The notes beneath the pieces are model-generated. The model had not been told where the DNA came from. It was given only the letters and a program-made list of their open reading frames with translations, and made no database searches. The position numbers and the translations under genes are program-made. A stretch of 55,267 nucleotides of DNA from Candidatus Parcubacteria bacterium (GTDB lineage: Bacteria; Patescibacteriota; Minisyncoccia; Phycocordibacterales; UBA918): positions 1-55,267 of the forward strand of contig JAASSY010000002.1 in NCBI GenBank assembly GCA_021767645.1, read 5' to 3'. This document shows positions 25,927 through 36,158 of the stretch, piece by piece; the stretch's first letter is position 1, and every line of letters starts with the position of its first letter.

Positions 25927-27024
25927 TTAAAACGGATTATAGCCACCACGAACTTCAAAGTGTAGGTGGGTACCAGTCGAGCGACCAGTGCTACCCATTC
26001 CTCCGATAGTGGCACCAGCATTGACCCAGTCACCAACCGCTACGTGCACACTACTTAAGTGTGAGTACAGTGTCTGCACACCATTACCGTGTCGCACAAC
26101 AATGTAGTTACCATATCCACCGTTCCAGCCACTGGTTTTAGCAATGATTACTTCACCACTACCAGCCGCTCGGATTGGTGAGCCGTGCGCCGCAGCCAAG
26201 TCGACGGCGTTGTACCCGTGAATCCCTTGGGTACGTACCGCCCCAGGAGCAGGGTGGGTCAGTGAACTACTGCCACCACTAGCCACAGAACGCGCCGCGC
26301 TCGCAGCTGGAGCTGAGTGTAGCTCACCACCAGGGATCATCAGCTCGTCACCAACCGCTAATACCGTGTCGGCAGTGAGACCGTTAAACGCCAACACCTC
26401 TTCCGTATCGGCGTCGTAATCATCAATGATTGACGCTAACGTATCACCCTTTTCAACCGTGTGTTGCACACCAGCAATCGGTAAAATCACTAAGGTGTCA
26501 CCGGGTTGAATACCAGTCGAAGAGACAATGTCGTTAGCCCACTTAATAGTGTTTGTTGTCACACCGTACATTTCGGCAATTTGTGAGAGTGAATCACCTT
26601 CACGTACAACGTACACACTAATTTCATTGCTATTGCGTGCTGGCTCTGCACTAGCGCCGAGTACTGTACTGTTACCCGTCGTAACTAATGCTCCCTCGTC
26701 AACCTTCAGTTCAGCACCACCAGTCGCCAGTGGGTCAGGATTGGTGCGAGCAATTAATAGTTTGGTAAACGCTGCATCATCAGTAGTTACTGCGGGCGTG
26801 ACATCCATCACCGCCACCGGAGCACTAAACCAGTCAGCGTGCAGTGCGATCGGCGACAAGATAATAGCCGTGATCACACAAAGCTCAATGAGTGAGACAA
26901 ATCGTCGGGATACGTTGGTTGTCCGTCTTTGATCCAATGATGAGTCTGCATCAGGAGTATTCGATATAATAAGCAATTCTGTTATGGTCTCTCCGCCGTG
27001 CTCGCATCCGCTACAGTCAAACAA
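25927..27024 (-). CDS. LysM-domain M23 metallopeptidase (peptidoglycan endopeptidase)
   Basis: Two LysM repeats (YVVREGDSLSQIAEMYGV; HTVEKGDTLASIIDDY). C-terminal M23 motifs (HGYNAVDL, GYGNYIVVRH, GSTGRSTGTHLHFEV). The start is uncertain (a TTG at 26937 is possible). Confidence 0.85.
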   Translation of the reverse strand: MFDCSGCEHGGETITELLIISNTPDADSSLDQRRTTNVSRRFVSLIELCVITAIILSPIALHADWFSAPVAVMDVTPAVTTDDAAFTKLLIARTNPDPLATGGAELKVDEGALVTTGNSTVLGASAEPARNSNEISVYVVREGDSLSQIAEMYGVTTNTIKWANDIVSSTGIQPGDTLVILPIAGVQHTVEKGDTLASIIDDYDADTEEVLAFNGLTADTVLAVGDELMIPGGELHSAPAASAARSVASGGSSSLTHPAPGAVRTQGIHGYNAVDLAAAHGSPIRAAGSGEVIIAKTSGWNGGYGNYIVVRHGNGVQTLYSHLSSVHVAVGDWVNAGATIGGMGSTGRSTGTHLHFEVRGGYNPF

Positions 27025-27248
27025 TCGTCAATTGTAATAATCTACCAGGTAGATATACCGAATTTTGGTACCGCACCATCATACTAAACACGTCCGTTGG
27101 GTCAATTGACGCAGTGCACTTTTTACGAGCTTATCATAGATGGCCATTTTGTGGCTCAATCAAGCCTTTTAATGCTATTGACGTGAACTTTATTTTATTT
27201 TGTAGTAAATAATCCACTGCAATTGACGCTGTGCTATAGTACAGCTCC

Positions 27249-29207
27249 ATGACATCAGAACAACATCTCGCTGGCCTGAACGAGCCGCAACGTCAAGCAG
27301 TTACCACTACCAACGGTCCGCTCTTAGTCCTGGCTGGAGCTGGGTCGGGCAAGACTCGAGTCATTACCCACCGGATCGTCCACCTCATACTAAACGGTGT
27401 TGCACCGCACAATATATTGGCCGTCACTTTTACGAACAAAGCCGCTACCGAAATGCGAGAGCGAGTACATACGCTCATCGCTGAATACGCAGGCAGTGCC
27501 CGAGCTGGCCTAGAGAGTAGCCCCACGGTTACCACCTTCCACGCTTTGGGTGTGCGACTGCTCCGTGAATACCACGAGACGATGGGTCTACGTCGCCACT
27601 TTACGATCTACGATCGCAGCGACAGCACCCGGGCAATTAAGCAAGCGCTCGAAAAAGCTGGCTACTCACCGAAGCAGTTTGAACCACGGAAAATGATTTC
27701 AATGATTTCCCGCGCCAAAGGTGACGCCCTCAGCCGTGTTGAATTTCTAGAGCAAGCCGAAAGCTATCCCGAAAAAGTCTGCGCTGAAGTGTGGGAGCAT
27801 TACGACGCCATCCTCAAGCAAGAACAGGCACTCGATTTTGATGATCTTTTGGCGAAGACACTCGTTTTGTTACGCACCTACGGCCATGTGCGCGACGCAC
27901 TACAGCAGCGCTTTCAGTACCTACACGTCGATGAATACCAAGATACCAACAAAGTGCAGTTCGCCATCGTGCAGTTACTGGCGGGGGAAAAGCAAAACAT
28001 CTGTGTCGTTGGCGACGTTGACCAAAACATCTACAGCTGGCGCGGAGCCGACATTAGTAACGTCATGCAGTTTGAGAATAACTTCCCCGGCACACAGACA
28101 ATTTTCCTCGAGGAAAACTATCGTTCAACGGGCACTATCATTGCAGCCTCCAACAATATCATCGCTAAAAATAAAAACCGTATCCCTAAAACCGTCTTCA
28201 CGAGCAACCAAACCGGAGACAAAATGAACCTCTTTGCTGCCCAATCAGGTATCGACGAAGCGGAACATATTGCCCTTACCGCACGTGACCTCATCGCGGA
28301 AGGTGCTTCACCAGCTGATATCGCTGTGCTGTACCGCACCAACTTCCAGTCACGCGTCCTCGAAGAAGCGTTTCTCCAATTTGATGTTCCGTACCAACTG
28401 CTGGGTACCAAATTCTTTGAACGGAAAGAAGTGAAAGATGTACTCTCATTTCTCCGCCTGGCGATCAACCCCGACAGCACGGCTGACCTCTCACGTATTA
28501 TTAATACGCCGACTCGCGGGATTGGTAAGGTGACACTCCTCAAGCTGCTTGAAGGTCGTCGCGATGAACTTACCGGCGCCACCGCACAGAAAGTTGAACG
28601 CTTTGAAACAATCATGCAGGATGTCCGTGACACCTTGGCCACCGAACCACTACCCGAAACACTAAAATTCATCATCCAGCGTACTGGTCTCGAAGCCGAA
28701 TTTAAAAAACAAGGCACCGAAGAGGACCTGGCCCGGCTAGAGAACTTGCAAGAATTAGTGACCCTAGCTAACCGTTACGCAGAACTCGAGCCAAACGAAG
28801 CTATCGAAGCCCTGCTTGAAAATGCCGCTCTCCAAAGCGACCAAGACGAACTAGCCAGTGGGGAAGAGCGTCCAGCAGTACGTCTCATGACGGTCCACGC
28901 TGCTAAAGGACTCGAATTTCCGTATGTATTTATCAGTGGTTTAGAAGAGGGACTGTTTCCCCACGAACGGCTCGACGACAGAGGCATCGATCACGAAGAA
29001 GAGCGGCGTTTGTTTTACGTCGCGCTCACTCGAGCGGAGAAGAAAGTCTTTCTCTCTTACGCCCACACCCGGATGATTTTTGGTAGCTCACGCGTCAATA
29101 TTCCATCATCATTTCTCAATGACATTGACGACGACCATATTGACGTTGCTGGCAACCATCACACTGGTAGTGGCTCTGGGTACGAAACCACTATTTTTCT
29201 CGACTAG
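27249..29207 (+). CDS. pcrA: UvrD/PcrA-family ATP-dependent DNA helicase
   Basis: AGAGSGKT, VTFTNKAA, DEYQDTN, NYRS, VHAAKGLEF, YVALTRA motifs. Confidence 0.9.
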   Translation: MTSEQHLAGLNEPQRQAVTTTNGPLLVLAGAGSGKTRVITHRIVHLILNGVAPHNILAVTFTNKAATEMRERVHTLIAEYAGSARAGLESSPTVTTFHALGVRLLREYHETMGLRRHFTIYDRSDSTRAIKQALEKAGYSPKQFEPRKMISMISRAKGDALSRVEFLEQAESYPEKVCAEVWEHYDAILKQEQALDFDDLLAKTLVLLRTYGHVRDALQQRFQYLHVDEYQDTNKVQFAIVQLLAGEKQNICVVGDVDQNIYSWRGADISNVMQFENNFPGTQTIFLEENYRSTGTIIAASNNIIAKNKNRIPKTVFTSNQTGDKMNLFAAQSGIDEAEHIALTARDLIAEGASPADIAVLYRTNFQSRVLEEAFLQFDVPYQLLGTKFFERKEVKDVLSFLRLAINPDSTADLSRIINTPTRGIGKVTLLKLLEGRRDELTGATAQKVERFETIMQDVRDTLATEPLPETLKFIIQRTGLEAEFKKQGTEEDLARLENLQELVTLANRYAELEPNEAIEALLENAALQSDQDELASGEERPAVRLMTVHAAKGLEFPYVFISGLEEGLFPHERLDDRGIDHEEERRLFYVALTRAEKKVFLSYAHTRMIFGSSRVNIPSSFLNDIDDDHIDVAGNHHTGSGSGYETTIFLD

Positions 29208-29258
29208 CTTGATATCACACTGCTTGCCAAAGTCGACCACCTCGCCTAAGCTAGCTCC

Positions 29259-30077
29259 ATGAGTGGTGGTTTTGCGCACAAAAAATCTCTAGGGCAACAT
29301 TTTCTCACCAGCGATATTGTACCGGGCTGGCTAGCTGACGCTGCTGCCGTGACAGCTGGCGATACAGTGCTCGAGATAGGTCCTGGTACTGGCGTCTTAA
29401 CGCAAGAACTGCTATCCCGCGGCGCTACCGTGATTGCACTTGAAGCAGATACGCGAGCGATTGCGGTTTTAGAAGACACCTTTGCCGAATCACGAGCGAG
29501 GGGAGCGCTGGTTATTCACCATAGCGATGTGCGCGACCTCGATCTTCGTTCTATTCCTCACCTGCAAGACCACGCGTTTAAGATTGTAGCGAACATTCCA
29601 TACTACCTCTCCGGTCATCTGTTTCGTAGCTGCTTGCAAACCAGCTGCCAACCCAGCGACTTGGTGTTTTTGGTTCAAAAAGAAGTTGCTCATCGTGCCG
29701 CTACTCACCACGAAGCTGGCGATAAACACTCCCTCCTCTCGTTGTCGGTCCAGGTATACGGTGACGTTTCGTATGTACGCACAGTTCGCCGCGGGCACTT
29801 TAACCCGCCACCACAGGTCGACTCGGGGATTGTGGCGGTGCGAAACATTAATCGTGACCGTTTTACATCGATTTCAGAAGCTGCCTTCTTTCAGCTGCTC
29901 CACTTGGGGTTTGCTCAAAAACGCAAGCAATTACTAGGGAACTTAGCGGGTACGTACAACCGTGAACAGCTTGTACACATTTTTTCCACACTTGAACTAG
30001 CGCCTACGGTACGCGCTGAGGATGTTCCGCTCCAAACCTGGCTCCGTTTGGTGGAACACCTAACACAGCTACCTTAG
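29259..30077 (+). CDS. rsmA: 16S rRNA (adenine1518/1519-N6)-dimethyltransferase
   Basis: KSLGQHFL, LEIGPGTGVLT SAM motif, ANIPYY motif. Confidence 0.9.
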   Translation: MSGGFAHKKSLGQHFLTSDIVPGWLADAAAVTAGDTVLEIGPGTGVLTQELLSRGATVIALEADTRAIAVLEDTFAESRARGALVIHHSDVRDLDLRSIPHLQDHAFKIVANIPYYLSGHLFRSCLQTSCQPSDLVFLVQKEVAHRAATHHEAGDKHSLLSLSVQVYGDVSYVRTVRRGHFNPPPQVDSGIVAVRNINRDRFTSISEAAFFQLLHLGFAQKRKQLLGNLAGTYNREQLVHIFSTLELAPTVRAEDVPLQTWLRLVEHLTQLP

Positions 30078-30177
30078 TCCACGGCCTTTCCTCAGCTCTT
30101 GCTGTAGTTATACACCAGTTATACGCAGTATTGTCCCCAGAAAGAGTGAGGCGTTGCTATACTATCTATACATATAT

Positions 30178-31065
30178 ATGTATAGTCCGCAGCAGAAACG
30201 AAAAATTATGATTGCCGTCGTCTTCGGTGCTGCCTTAGTTTTAGCGGCGCTCGTTTTCCAGCCAGCACCAGCACCGACACCAGAAACCTCTGCAGCAGGC
30301 GAAGAGGTTGTGACAGTGGCCCTTAATCGAGAGGCCATTCCGGTTCTTGACTCCAACCAAGACGGCGTTCCAGACTGGCAGGAAAGTTTTGTAGCCAACA
30401 CTCCAACGGTACGAGAAATAGCCGAAGCTGACACAACCTATGAACCAAGTGACACTCTGACCGACCAGTTCGCTCGGGAGTTTTTTGAGGAAATGGTCCG
30501 CTCAGACACCATTGGTGACTTCGGTGCTTCGCCAGCCGAGCTCATTGCTCAATCGTCACAAGCACTCAGTGAAGAGGCGGCTGATGAACTTTACTTAGTG
30601 GACGACCTGACTGTACTAGAACAGAGCGACAGTGCGCGACTCTCACGTTACGGAGAAGCAATCGCGCGTATTTTTGTAAACAATGGCTGTGAACCTACCA
30701 CACCTGACATCACCATACTCGAAACCGCTGTTCGGAACGACCAACCCGAGCTGCTAAACGAACTCGATTGCCGTATTGAAGGTTATGCCACCTACGAAGC
30801 TGCCTTACTCCAACTACCAGTACCAGCAAGTGTTCGGTTCGAACATCTCGATCTTCTCAACACGATGCTGGCTCTTAAGAACGACCTGCAAGCATTTCAA
30901 GGCGTGTTTGATGACCCAATGTATACACTAGTACGAGTCCGACGTTACCAATCAGACGCTGAAGCAGTATTTCCTGCCCTTGATGCTCTCTATGAAACAT
31001 TAGTAGTAAATGGGGCTAGCTGGAGTCCTGAGTCAATAGTATTTGCTATAATTAATCTTAATTAA
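30178..31065 (+). CDS. hypothetical membrane-anchored protein (first gene of T4SS-like operon)
   Basis: ATG at 30178. N-terminal TM (IMIAVVFGAALVLAALVF). No family recognised. Stop is 1 nt before the next start. Confidence 0.55.
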   Translation: MYSPQQKRKIMIAVVFGAALVLAALVFQPAPAPTPETSAAGEEVVTVALNREAIPVLDSNQDGVPDWQESFVANTPTVREIAEADTTYEPSDTLTDQFAREFFEEMVRSDTIGDFGASPAELIAQSSQALSEEAADELYLVDDLTVLEQSDSARLSRYGEAIARIFVNNGCEPTTPDITILETAVRNDQPELLNELDCRIEGYATYEAALLQLPVPASVRFEHLDLLNTMLALKNDLQAFQGVFDDPMYTLVRVRRYQSDAEAVFPALDALYETLVVNGASWSPESIVFAIINLN

Positions 31066-31066
31066 C

Positions 31067-32575
31067 ATGCGTTCGTTTTACTGTTCAACGAGCAAATTGC
31101 TCACCATCATTACTTTCATACTGGTTGTTGCTGTGTCAATACCGACGAAGTCTGCACAAGCACTTGATGCAGTTACTGTTGTTGGTGGACCCGGAAGTAA
31201 CGCAGAAGTAGCTACCAGTAAGATCAATGGTGGTATTCTTGGCTTAGAAAAAACTCTCCTCGGAAAAGAATTTGGGTTCGATCAAGTTGCCTGGGCAGTC
31301 GCCCGTGCCGCGGTGCAGAGCATTACCCAGAGTATTATCAATTGGATTAACTCGGGCTTTCAAGGTAGCCCGGCGTTTGTACAAGACCTCGAACAGCACC
31401 TCTTAAACATTGCCGATCAAACCGCCGGTAACTTTATCTATAACGACCCAGCTCTTAACTTCCTCTGTAGTCCATTTCAGCTTGACGTAAAGATTGCTCT
31501 TGCTACCGCCTACCGCGAAAGTCAAAACTTTGCGGAAGAGGCCCAATGTACCCTCACCGACGTCACTAATAACGTAGACGGTTTTATCAATGGCAGCTTC
31601 CAAGAAGGAGGGTGGTCAAGCTGGTTTGAACTTACCCAAAACCCAGTCAATACCCCAACTGGTGCGTACCTAGCAGCTGAAACCGAAATGTACGCCCGGA
31701 TTGTTGACGAACAGGGTCAGGCTATAGAAGAGTTGAGTTGGGGTGATGGTTTTCTCTCCTTTAAAGTCTGTGCTGATACCGATGTCGCCTCCGGCGCTGT
31801 GTCATCTGGTGATTGTGACATTGTTACCCCTGGAGCTACCATTGCTGATCAACTGAACGAAGCTCTGGGTGCTGGACAACGACAGCTTATTGAGGCAGAT
31901 GAAATTAATGAGATTATCAGTGCTCTCTTCGCACAGCTTGCCCAGCAGGCGTTGGGGGGTATGAATGGTCTACTCGGTCTCGGATCACAGGGCTACACCG
32001 ACGCTTCACTCACACAAGGCTTTCCGAGTGCAAACCCTGGAGGAGGGGCTAATAATAGTGGTGGGACATCATACTTGGAAGCATTGGCACAAGAAAACAC
32101 AGCCATTGAACTCCAGGGTGATTTTGACCCACTATTAGATGCTATTGCCACTGAACGAGAATTTGCATCACTTGCTAGTACGAGTGTTAGAGCCATTAAC
32201 AACATTGAAGCGAAAGTGAACGCACATAATGCCATAGAAGATTGTCGCGATGTTGCATTCCCTTCATCATTACGAAACATGCGTCGTGATTTGCAAGACT
32301 CTTATGTGTTAGCGAACACAAACCTTGAACTACTCCAATTAATGCGCACAGCTTTCACTGAAGCTACTAGTGTTGAAGAGCAGTCAGATATCTTGAACCA
32401 ATTCCAACAACTCCAGTCTGACGGTACACTTCATGATGAAGTCGATGTCGTAACTACACAACTACAGCTTGATTTTGACATTGCTGATGCACGTACCCAA
32501 ATTAATTCACAGATTAGTCTCGCTTCGATAGGCTGCGAACCAGATGATGAAAGTAATGAATCAGAAGGACGCTAG
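31067..32575 (+). CDS. hypothetical secreted protein (T4SS-like operon)
   Basis: Signal peptide ending AQA-LD, several Cys pairs, WINSGFQGSPAFV and WGDGFLS motifs. No family recognised. Confidence 0.6.
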   Translation: MRSFYCSTSKLLTIITFILVVAVSIPTKSAQALDAVTVVGGPGSNAEVATSKINGGILGLEKTLLGKEFGFDQVAWAVARAAVQSITQSIINWINSGFQGSPAFVQDLEQHLLNIADQTAGNFIYNDPALNFLCSPFQLDVKIALATAYRESQNFAEEAQCTLTDVTNNVDGFINGSFQEGGWSSWFELTQNPVNTPTGAYLAAETEMYARIVDEQGQAIEELSWGDGFLSFKVCADTDVASGAVSSGDCDIVTPGATIADQLNEALGAGQRQLIEADEINEIISALFAQLAQQALGGMNGLLGLGSQGYTDASLTQGFPSANPGGGANNSGGTSYLEALAQENTAIELQGDFDPLLDAIATEREFASLASTSVRAINNIEAKVNAHNAIEDCRDVAFPSSLRNMRRDLQDSYVLANTNLELLQLMRTAFTEATSVEEQSDILNQFQQLQSDGTLHDEVDVVTTQLQLDFDIADARTQINSQISLASIGCEPDDESNESEGR

Positions 32576-32643
32576 TACATAAACGAAACTGTGGGGAACC
32601 ACCTCATATTACCAATCGTGCGCGCTACAATAGGAAGTGAGCT

Positions 32644-35073
32644 ATGACTAAGCAATGGCCAACAGCGTTGCGGAATTTGGTGGTACTGACCATCTTGCTG
32701 TTTGTGATCCTGTCGCCACTCCAAAGTTTTGCGCAGCAAAATCCAAGTACAGGTTATGTACCCTATGATCAACTGGACGCCTTTGGTGGACCTGGACCGG
32801 ATATAGATGATGATACTGATTTTCAATACAGCCTCGATCCCTTTGGTGGACCTGGACCGGATATAGATGATGACTTAGATACAACTACAGGTGGAAATGA
32901 TGGCATTGCTGGTAACGGAAATGAGGTTTCAGATGATCCCCAAAACCCACAAGGTTCTGGTACCGCTCCTGGCAGCCGAGCGGAGATGCTAAAACTCATG
33001 GACGCCAACTCCACTGAGAAAATATACAACTTTCTCATTATGGCTGGTGGATTCTTTGCCAGCTTTGGTTCGCTCATTTTTGACCTAGCGTTTGAATCAC
33101 TCGTCTTAAAATTTGGCTGTTTAATGACAACACAGTGTGGCGCAGACGGTTGGGGAGGTGGGTCTGTCGGTGGTGCTGTTGATAGCCTGTGGACGATAGT
33201 GCGCGACCTTTTTAACATTCTCTTTATTTTTGCCCTGGTCTTCATCGGCCTGCGCCTCATCCTCAACTCCGACGACACGAGTACGCAACGAGCAGTGGGC
33301 TACCTAATCGCCGCCGCGCTCCTAGTGAACTTTAGTCTCTACGCAGCGAAGTTAGTGGTCGATATCACGAACTTCACAGCCGTGGAAATCCACCAAGCAG
33401 TGGTCGGTGGTATTGGTGGGGAAGAAGGTTTTGGTGTCACAGCTATTTATGAAGATGAAGCAGGAATTGATCGAGAGGTTGACATTGTCACAACCAACGA
33501 GGACGTTTTTAGTAACTCCAGTATTGCTGGCGCTTTTATGCAAGTGATGTCCATCAACACTTTCTTTAACACCACCACTGAAGGAATGAACGCCATCTTA
33601 CTTGGCTTTCTCGCGTTTCTCTTTTTAGTCTACTTAGGTTTTGTACTGGCATACGCTGGTGCCATGATTGTAGTACGGTTTGTCGCCATCATTTTCTTAC
33701 TAATTTTCTCGCCATTTATGTTCTTGGGGTGGATACTACCGCAACTTGAAGGCTACGCTAAAAAATGGCGACAAACATTTCTTGGCTACGCCCTCTACAT
33801 GCCAGCCTTTATCTTCCTGATCTACGTCGCGTTATTTGTCATGATCCAAGTTAGTTCCTTAGGTATTTTTGCTGGTAAAAGCTATAGCCAAGCGATTGAC
33901 GAGGGTGGTAACAACTTCACTATTTTCCTCCTCTTTGTGTTGGGTACCGGCTTCTTATACGCAGCTACGAAGGTGGCTGGTGCTATCAGTAACGCGGGTG
34001 CGGTGGTAGGTATGAATGCTGCTAGTAGTGCAGCTCGTAAAATCACCATTGGTGCTGGTGCTGCTGGTGCTGCTTGGGCAGGTGGCCGGGGAACATCTAG
34101 TATTCTAGGTGGTGGTGCGAATAAGCTCGGTAAAGCTTGGGACGAACGAAATGCTGCTAGTGGCAAACCTCGGGGCCGTACCGGAATGTATTTCCGAGAC
34201 AAACTCAAGTCACTCGAAGACAACAAATATGGTGGGAGCACTTCCTTCAAGCAGCGCCGGGACGAGGAAAAAGCTGAGAAAAAACGTCACGCTACTGCAC
34301 AAGCCACTCAAAAGGTTAAAACTTCAGTTACAGAGCGTAAAAAAGCCGGAGACGCAGCCACTGATGAACAAAAGATTGCCATGGAACGAGCTATTGTTGA
34401 TGCGACCACACCACAACTTGAGAAGCTTGGTGCTAGTACCCTGGCTGAAGACTATGTAGCTGGAGCACTATCTCAAACTCAGTTTGATAACCTCATGAAG
34501 AGTGACGAATTGACTGACGCGGATAAAGCAAAAATCGCAGAGGCGCGAGGAAAAGATGTTAAAGCTCGCTTGACTGATGATAAGACAGGGGAATTCGACA
34601 TCAGCAAAGCCTCAGTCAATCAACTCCAGGCTCTTGGAGCTCGCAGCATGATTGATAACGCAGGTAGATTGAAAGCGTCACAAATGGATGATCTGAAGAA
34701 GAAACTAACTGAGACAGAATTTGACCGCATCAATAACGCTCGAGAAGACCAGCTCGAGGCGATGGGAACTGATGTCTTCATCAAACGAGATAATAAAGAG
34801 ATTGCCAAATTACCAAAAGATATCCTCAGCAAAGAAAGCAATATTGAGCACCTGGTGAAGGAAGACTTACTCAGTGGTGATATGTTGAAACAGATCGCTC
34901 GTGAGAGTAAAGTCGACAAGCGAAAACTGGGGCAGACCATTGCAGCGAAATACAATGCTGCTGGTAAAACTCCACCAAACGACATCCTCGGCTACCTCGA
35001 AGGCGGGGAAGGTAGAGTGTATGGTTTAACACGAGCAGATTTTAGTAGCGGATGGGATGACCCTGTAACGTAA
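32644..35073 (+). CDS. VirB6/TrbL-like polytopic membrane protein with long Lys-rich C-terminal extension
   Basis: Signal peptide, acidic repeat region, 6-8 TM helices over residues about 130-470, Gly/Ala-rich linker, then about 300 aa of charged helical repeats (QLEKLGA / QLQALGA / QLEAMGT). The call rests on topology and operon context. Confidence 0.55.
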   Translation: MTKQWPTALRNLVVLTILLFVILSPLQSFAQQNPSTGYVPYDQLDAFGGPGPDIDDDTDFQYSLDPFGGPGPDIDDDLDTTTGGNDGIAGNGNEVSDDPQNPQGSGTAPGSRAEMLKLMDANSTEKIYNFLIMAGGFFASFGSLIFDLAFESLVLKFGCLMTTQCGADGWGGGSVGGAVDSLWTIVRDLFNILFIFALVFIGLRLILNSDDTSTQRAVGYLIAAALLVNFSLYAAKLVVDITNFTAVEIHQAVVGGIGGEEGFGVTAIYEDEAGIDREVDIVTTNEDVFSNSSIAGAFMQVMSINTFFNTTTEGMNAILLGFLAFLFLVYLGFVLAYAGAMIVVRFVAIIFLLIFSPFMFLGWILPQLEGYAKKWRQTFLGYALYMPAFIFLIYVALFVMIQVSSLGIFAGKSYSQAIDEGGNNFTIFLLFVLGTGFLYAATKVAGAISNAGAVVGMNAASSAARKITIGAGAAGAAWAGGRGTSSILGGGANKLGKAWDERNAASGKPRGRTGMYFRDKLKSLEDNKYGGSTSFKQRRDEEKAEKKRHATAQATQKVKTSVTERKKAGDAATDEQKIAMERAIVDATTPQLEKLGASTLAEDYVAGALSQTQFDNLMKSDELTDADKAKIAEARGKDVKARLTDDKTGEFDISKASVNQLQALGARSMIDNAGRLKASQMDDLKKKLTETEFDRINNAREDQLEAMGTDVFIKRDNKEIAKLPKDILSKESNIEHLVKEDLLSGDMLKQIARESKVDKRKLGQTIAAKYNAAGKTPPNDILGYLEGGEGRVYGLTRADFSSGWDDPVT
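32780..32873 (+). repeat. perfect 34-bp direct repeat (32780-32813 and 32840-32873) encoding FGGPGPDIDDD twice
   Basis: Exact copies with a 60-bp period, read directly. Confidence 0.95.
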
Positions 35074-35079
35074 ACCTCT

Positions 35080-35673
35080 ATGATCACTGACGAACAGCGA
35101 CTTGCGCAGGCTAAAAAACTTCCACCACAAATTGACATGCTTTACTCTGGACCAGAGAATGGTCAACGTATGGCTGATGTCTTCTACCGACACAACCTGC
35201 CCGTTGATAAATACCTCAATTACACACAAGTAATAGGGGATGTCATTCTTGGCTTCTACTACACCAAGGACTTACCGCAGCTACTGCAAAGCCAAGCTGG
35301 ACTCAGCCCTGAGCAAGCTGAACAGGTAGTCACTGACCTAGCAGAGTTCCTATCGCCCGTACTTGAACGTGAACAAGCCACCACTACAGACACTACTGCG
35401 ACAAACGAACCGGCAGTTACGCCAAGTTGGTCAGCCCAAACTGCCACCCCAAAACCGACGACTCCAACCTCCAGTCCTGTTGCCACCACCCCAGCAGTTG
35501 AGACCGCTCCAACCGAACCGGCCACAGCTGAAACCGATGTGCACGATGTAGTACCAATGCGCACCATGCAAGGTGACATGAAGCGAATCCATGGCTACGG
35601 TGCTCTGTACGACGCTGCCGAAGAAGCTGACGAGTCGGTAGTACAGAGCAACCAAGACGACGTACTCAAATAA
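35080..35673 (+). CDS. hypothetical protein with Pro/Thr-rich centre (T4SS-like operon)
   Basis: Track ORF, 7 nt after the VirB6-like stop. No TM and no family recognised. Confidence 0.55.
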   Translation: MITDEQRLAQAKKLPPQIDMLYSGPENGQRMADVFYRHNLPVDKYLNYTQVIGDVILGFYYTKDLPQLLQSQAGLSPEQAEQVVTDLAEFLSPVLEREQATTTDTTATNEPAVTPSWSAQTATPKPTTPTSSPVATTPAVETAPTEPATAETDVHDVVPMRTMQGDMKRIHGYGALYDAAEEADESVVQSNQDDVLK

Positions 35674-35725
35674 GTCCCACACAAAGGGTGGACATGCGTC
35701 AACTAATGAAGAGCGGTCGGTTATA

Positions 35726-36157
35726 ATGAGTCTATCTATGCGATTTGAAGTGCCACAGTTTATTGAAATTGAAGACAAAATTTTTGGTCCGTTTACCTGG
35801 AAACAGTTTGTCTACCTCTGCGGCGGTATTGGTATTGCGGTTGTACTCTTTATCACCACTCCATTTATTGTCTTTCTCGTCTTGGGTATACCGCTCGCTG
35901 GGCTGGCAGCACTCTTAGCGTTTTATCCTATCAATAACCGACCATTTTCAGTCTTCCTGGAAGCTGTTTTTAACTTCTATACCAACACCACCAACTACCG
36001 CTGGCAGCGCACCCAGCAGGCTGTCTACAAAGCCAAGCAAACGACACCAGCCCCCACACCAGACGAAGACGCCCCTCCCCAAGTACCGAAAGACAGTAAC
36101 GGAATTAACTCGCTCGCTCGCAAACTAGAACTGAAAGCCATTCAACAAGAAAAATAA
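35726..36157 (+). CDS. PrgI-family (VirB3-like) small membrane protein
   Basis: FEVPQFIEIEDKIFGPFTWKQFVYLCGG followed by two TM helices, the hallmark N-terminus of PrgI-family proteins. Sits directly upstream of VirB4-type genes. Confidence 0.7.
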   Translation: MSLSMRFEVPQFIEIEDKIFGPFTWKQFVYLCGGIGIAVVLFITTPFIVFLVLGIPLAGLAALLAFYPINNRPFSVFLEAVFNFYTNTTNYRWQRTQQAVYKAKQTTPAPTPDEDAPPQVPKDSNGINSLARKLELKAIQQEK

Positions 36158-36158
36158 T

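Noticed and set aside
27100-27240. Repeated CAATTGACGC(A/T)GTGC (27103 and 27220; similar GCAATTGACA at 5593) as a specific operator
   Set aside because: This is most simply an extended -35 (TTGAC) promoter context shared by several promoters. There are too few copies to call a regulon.
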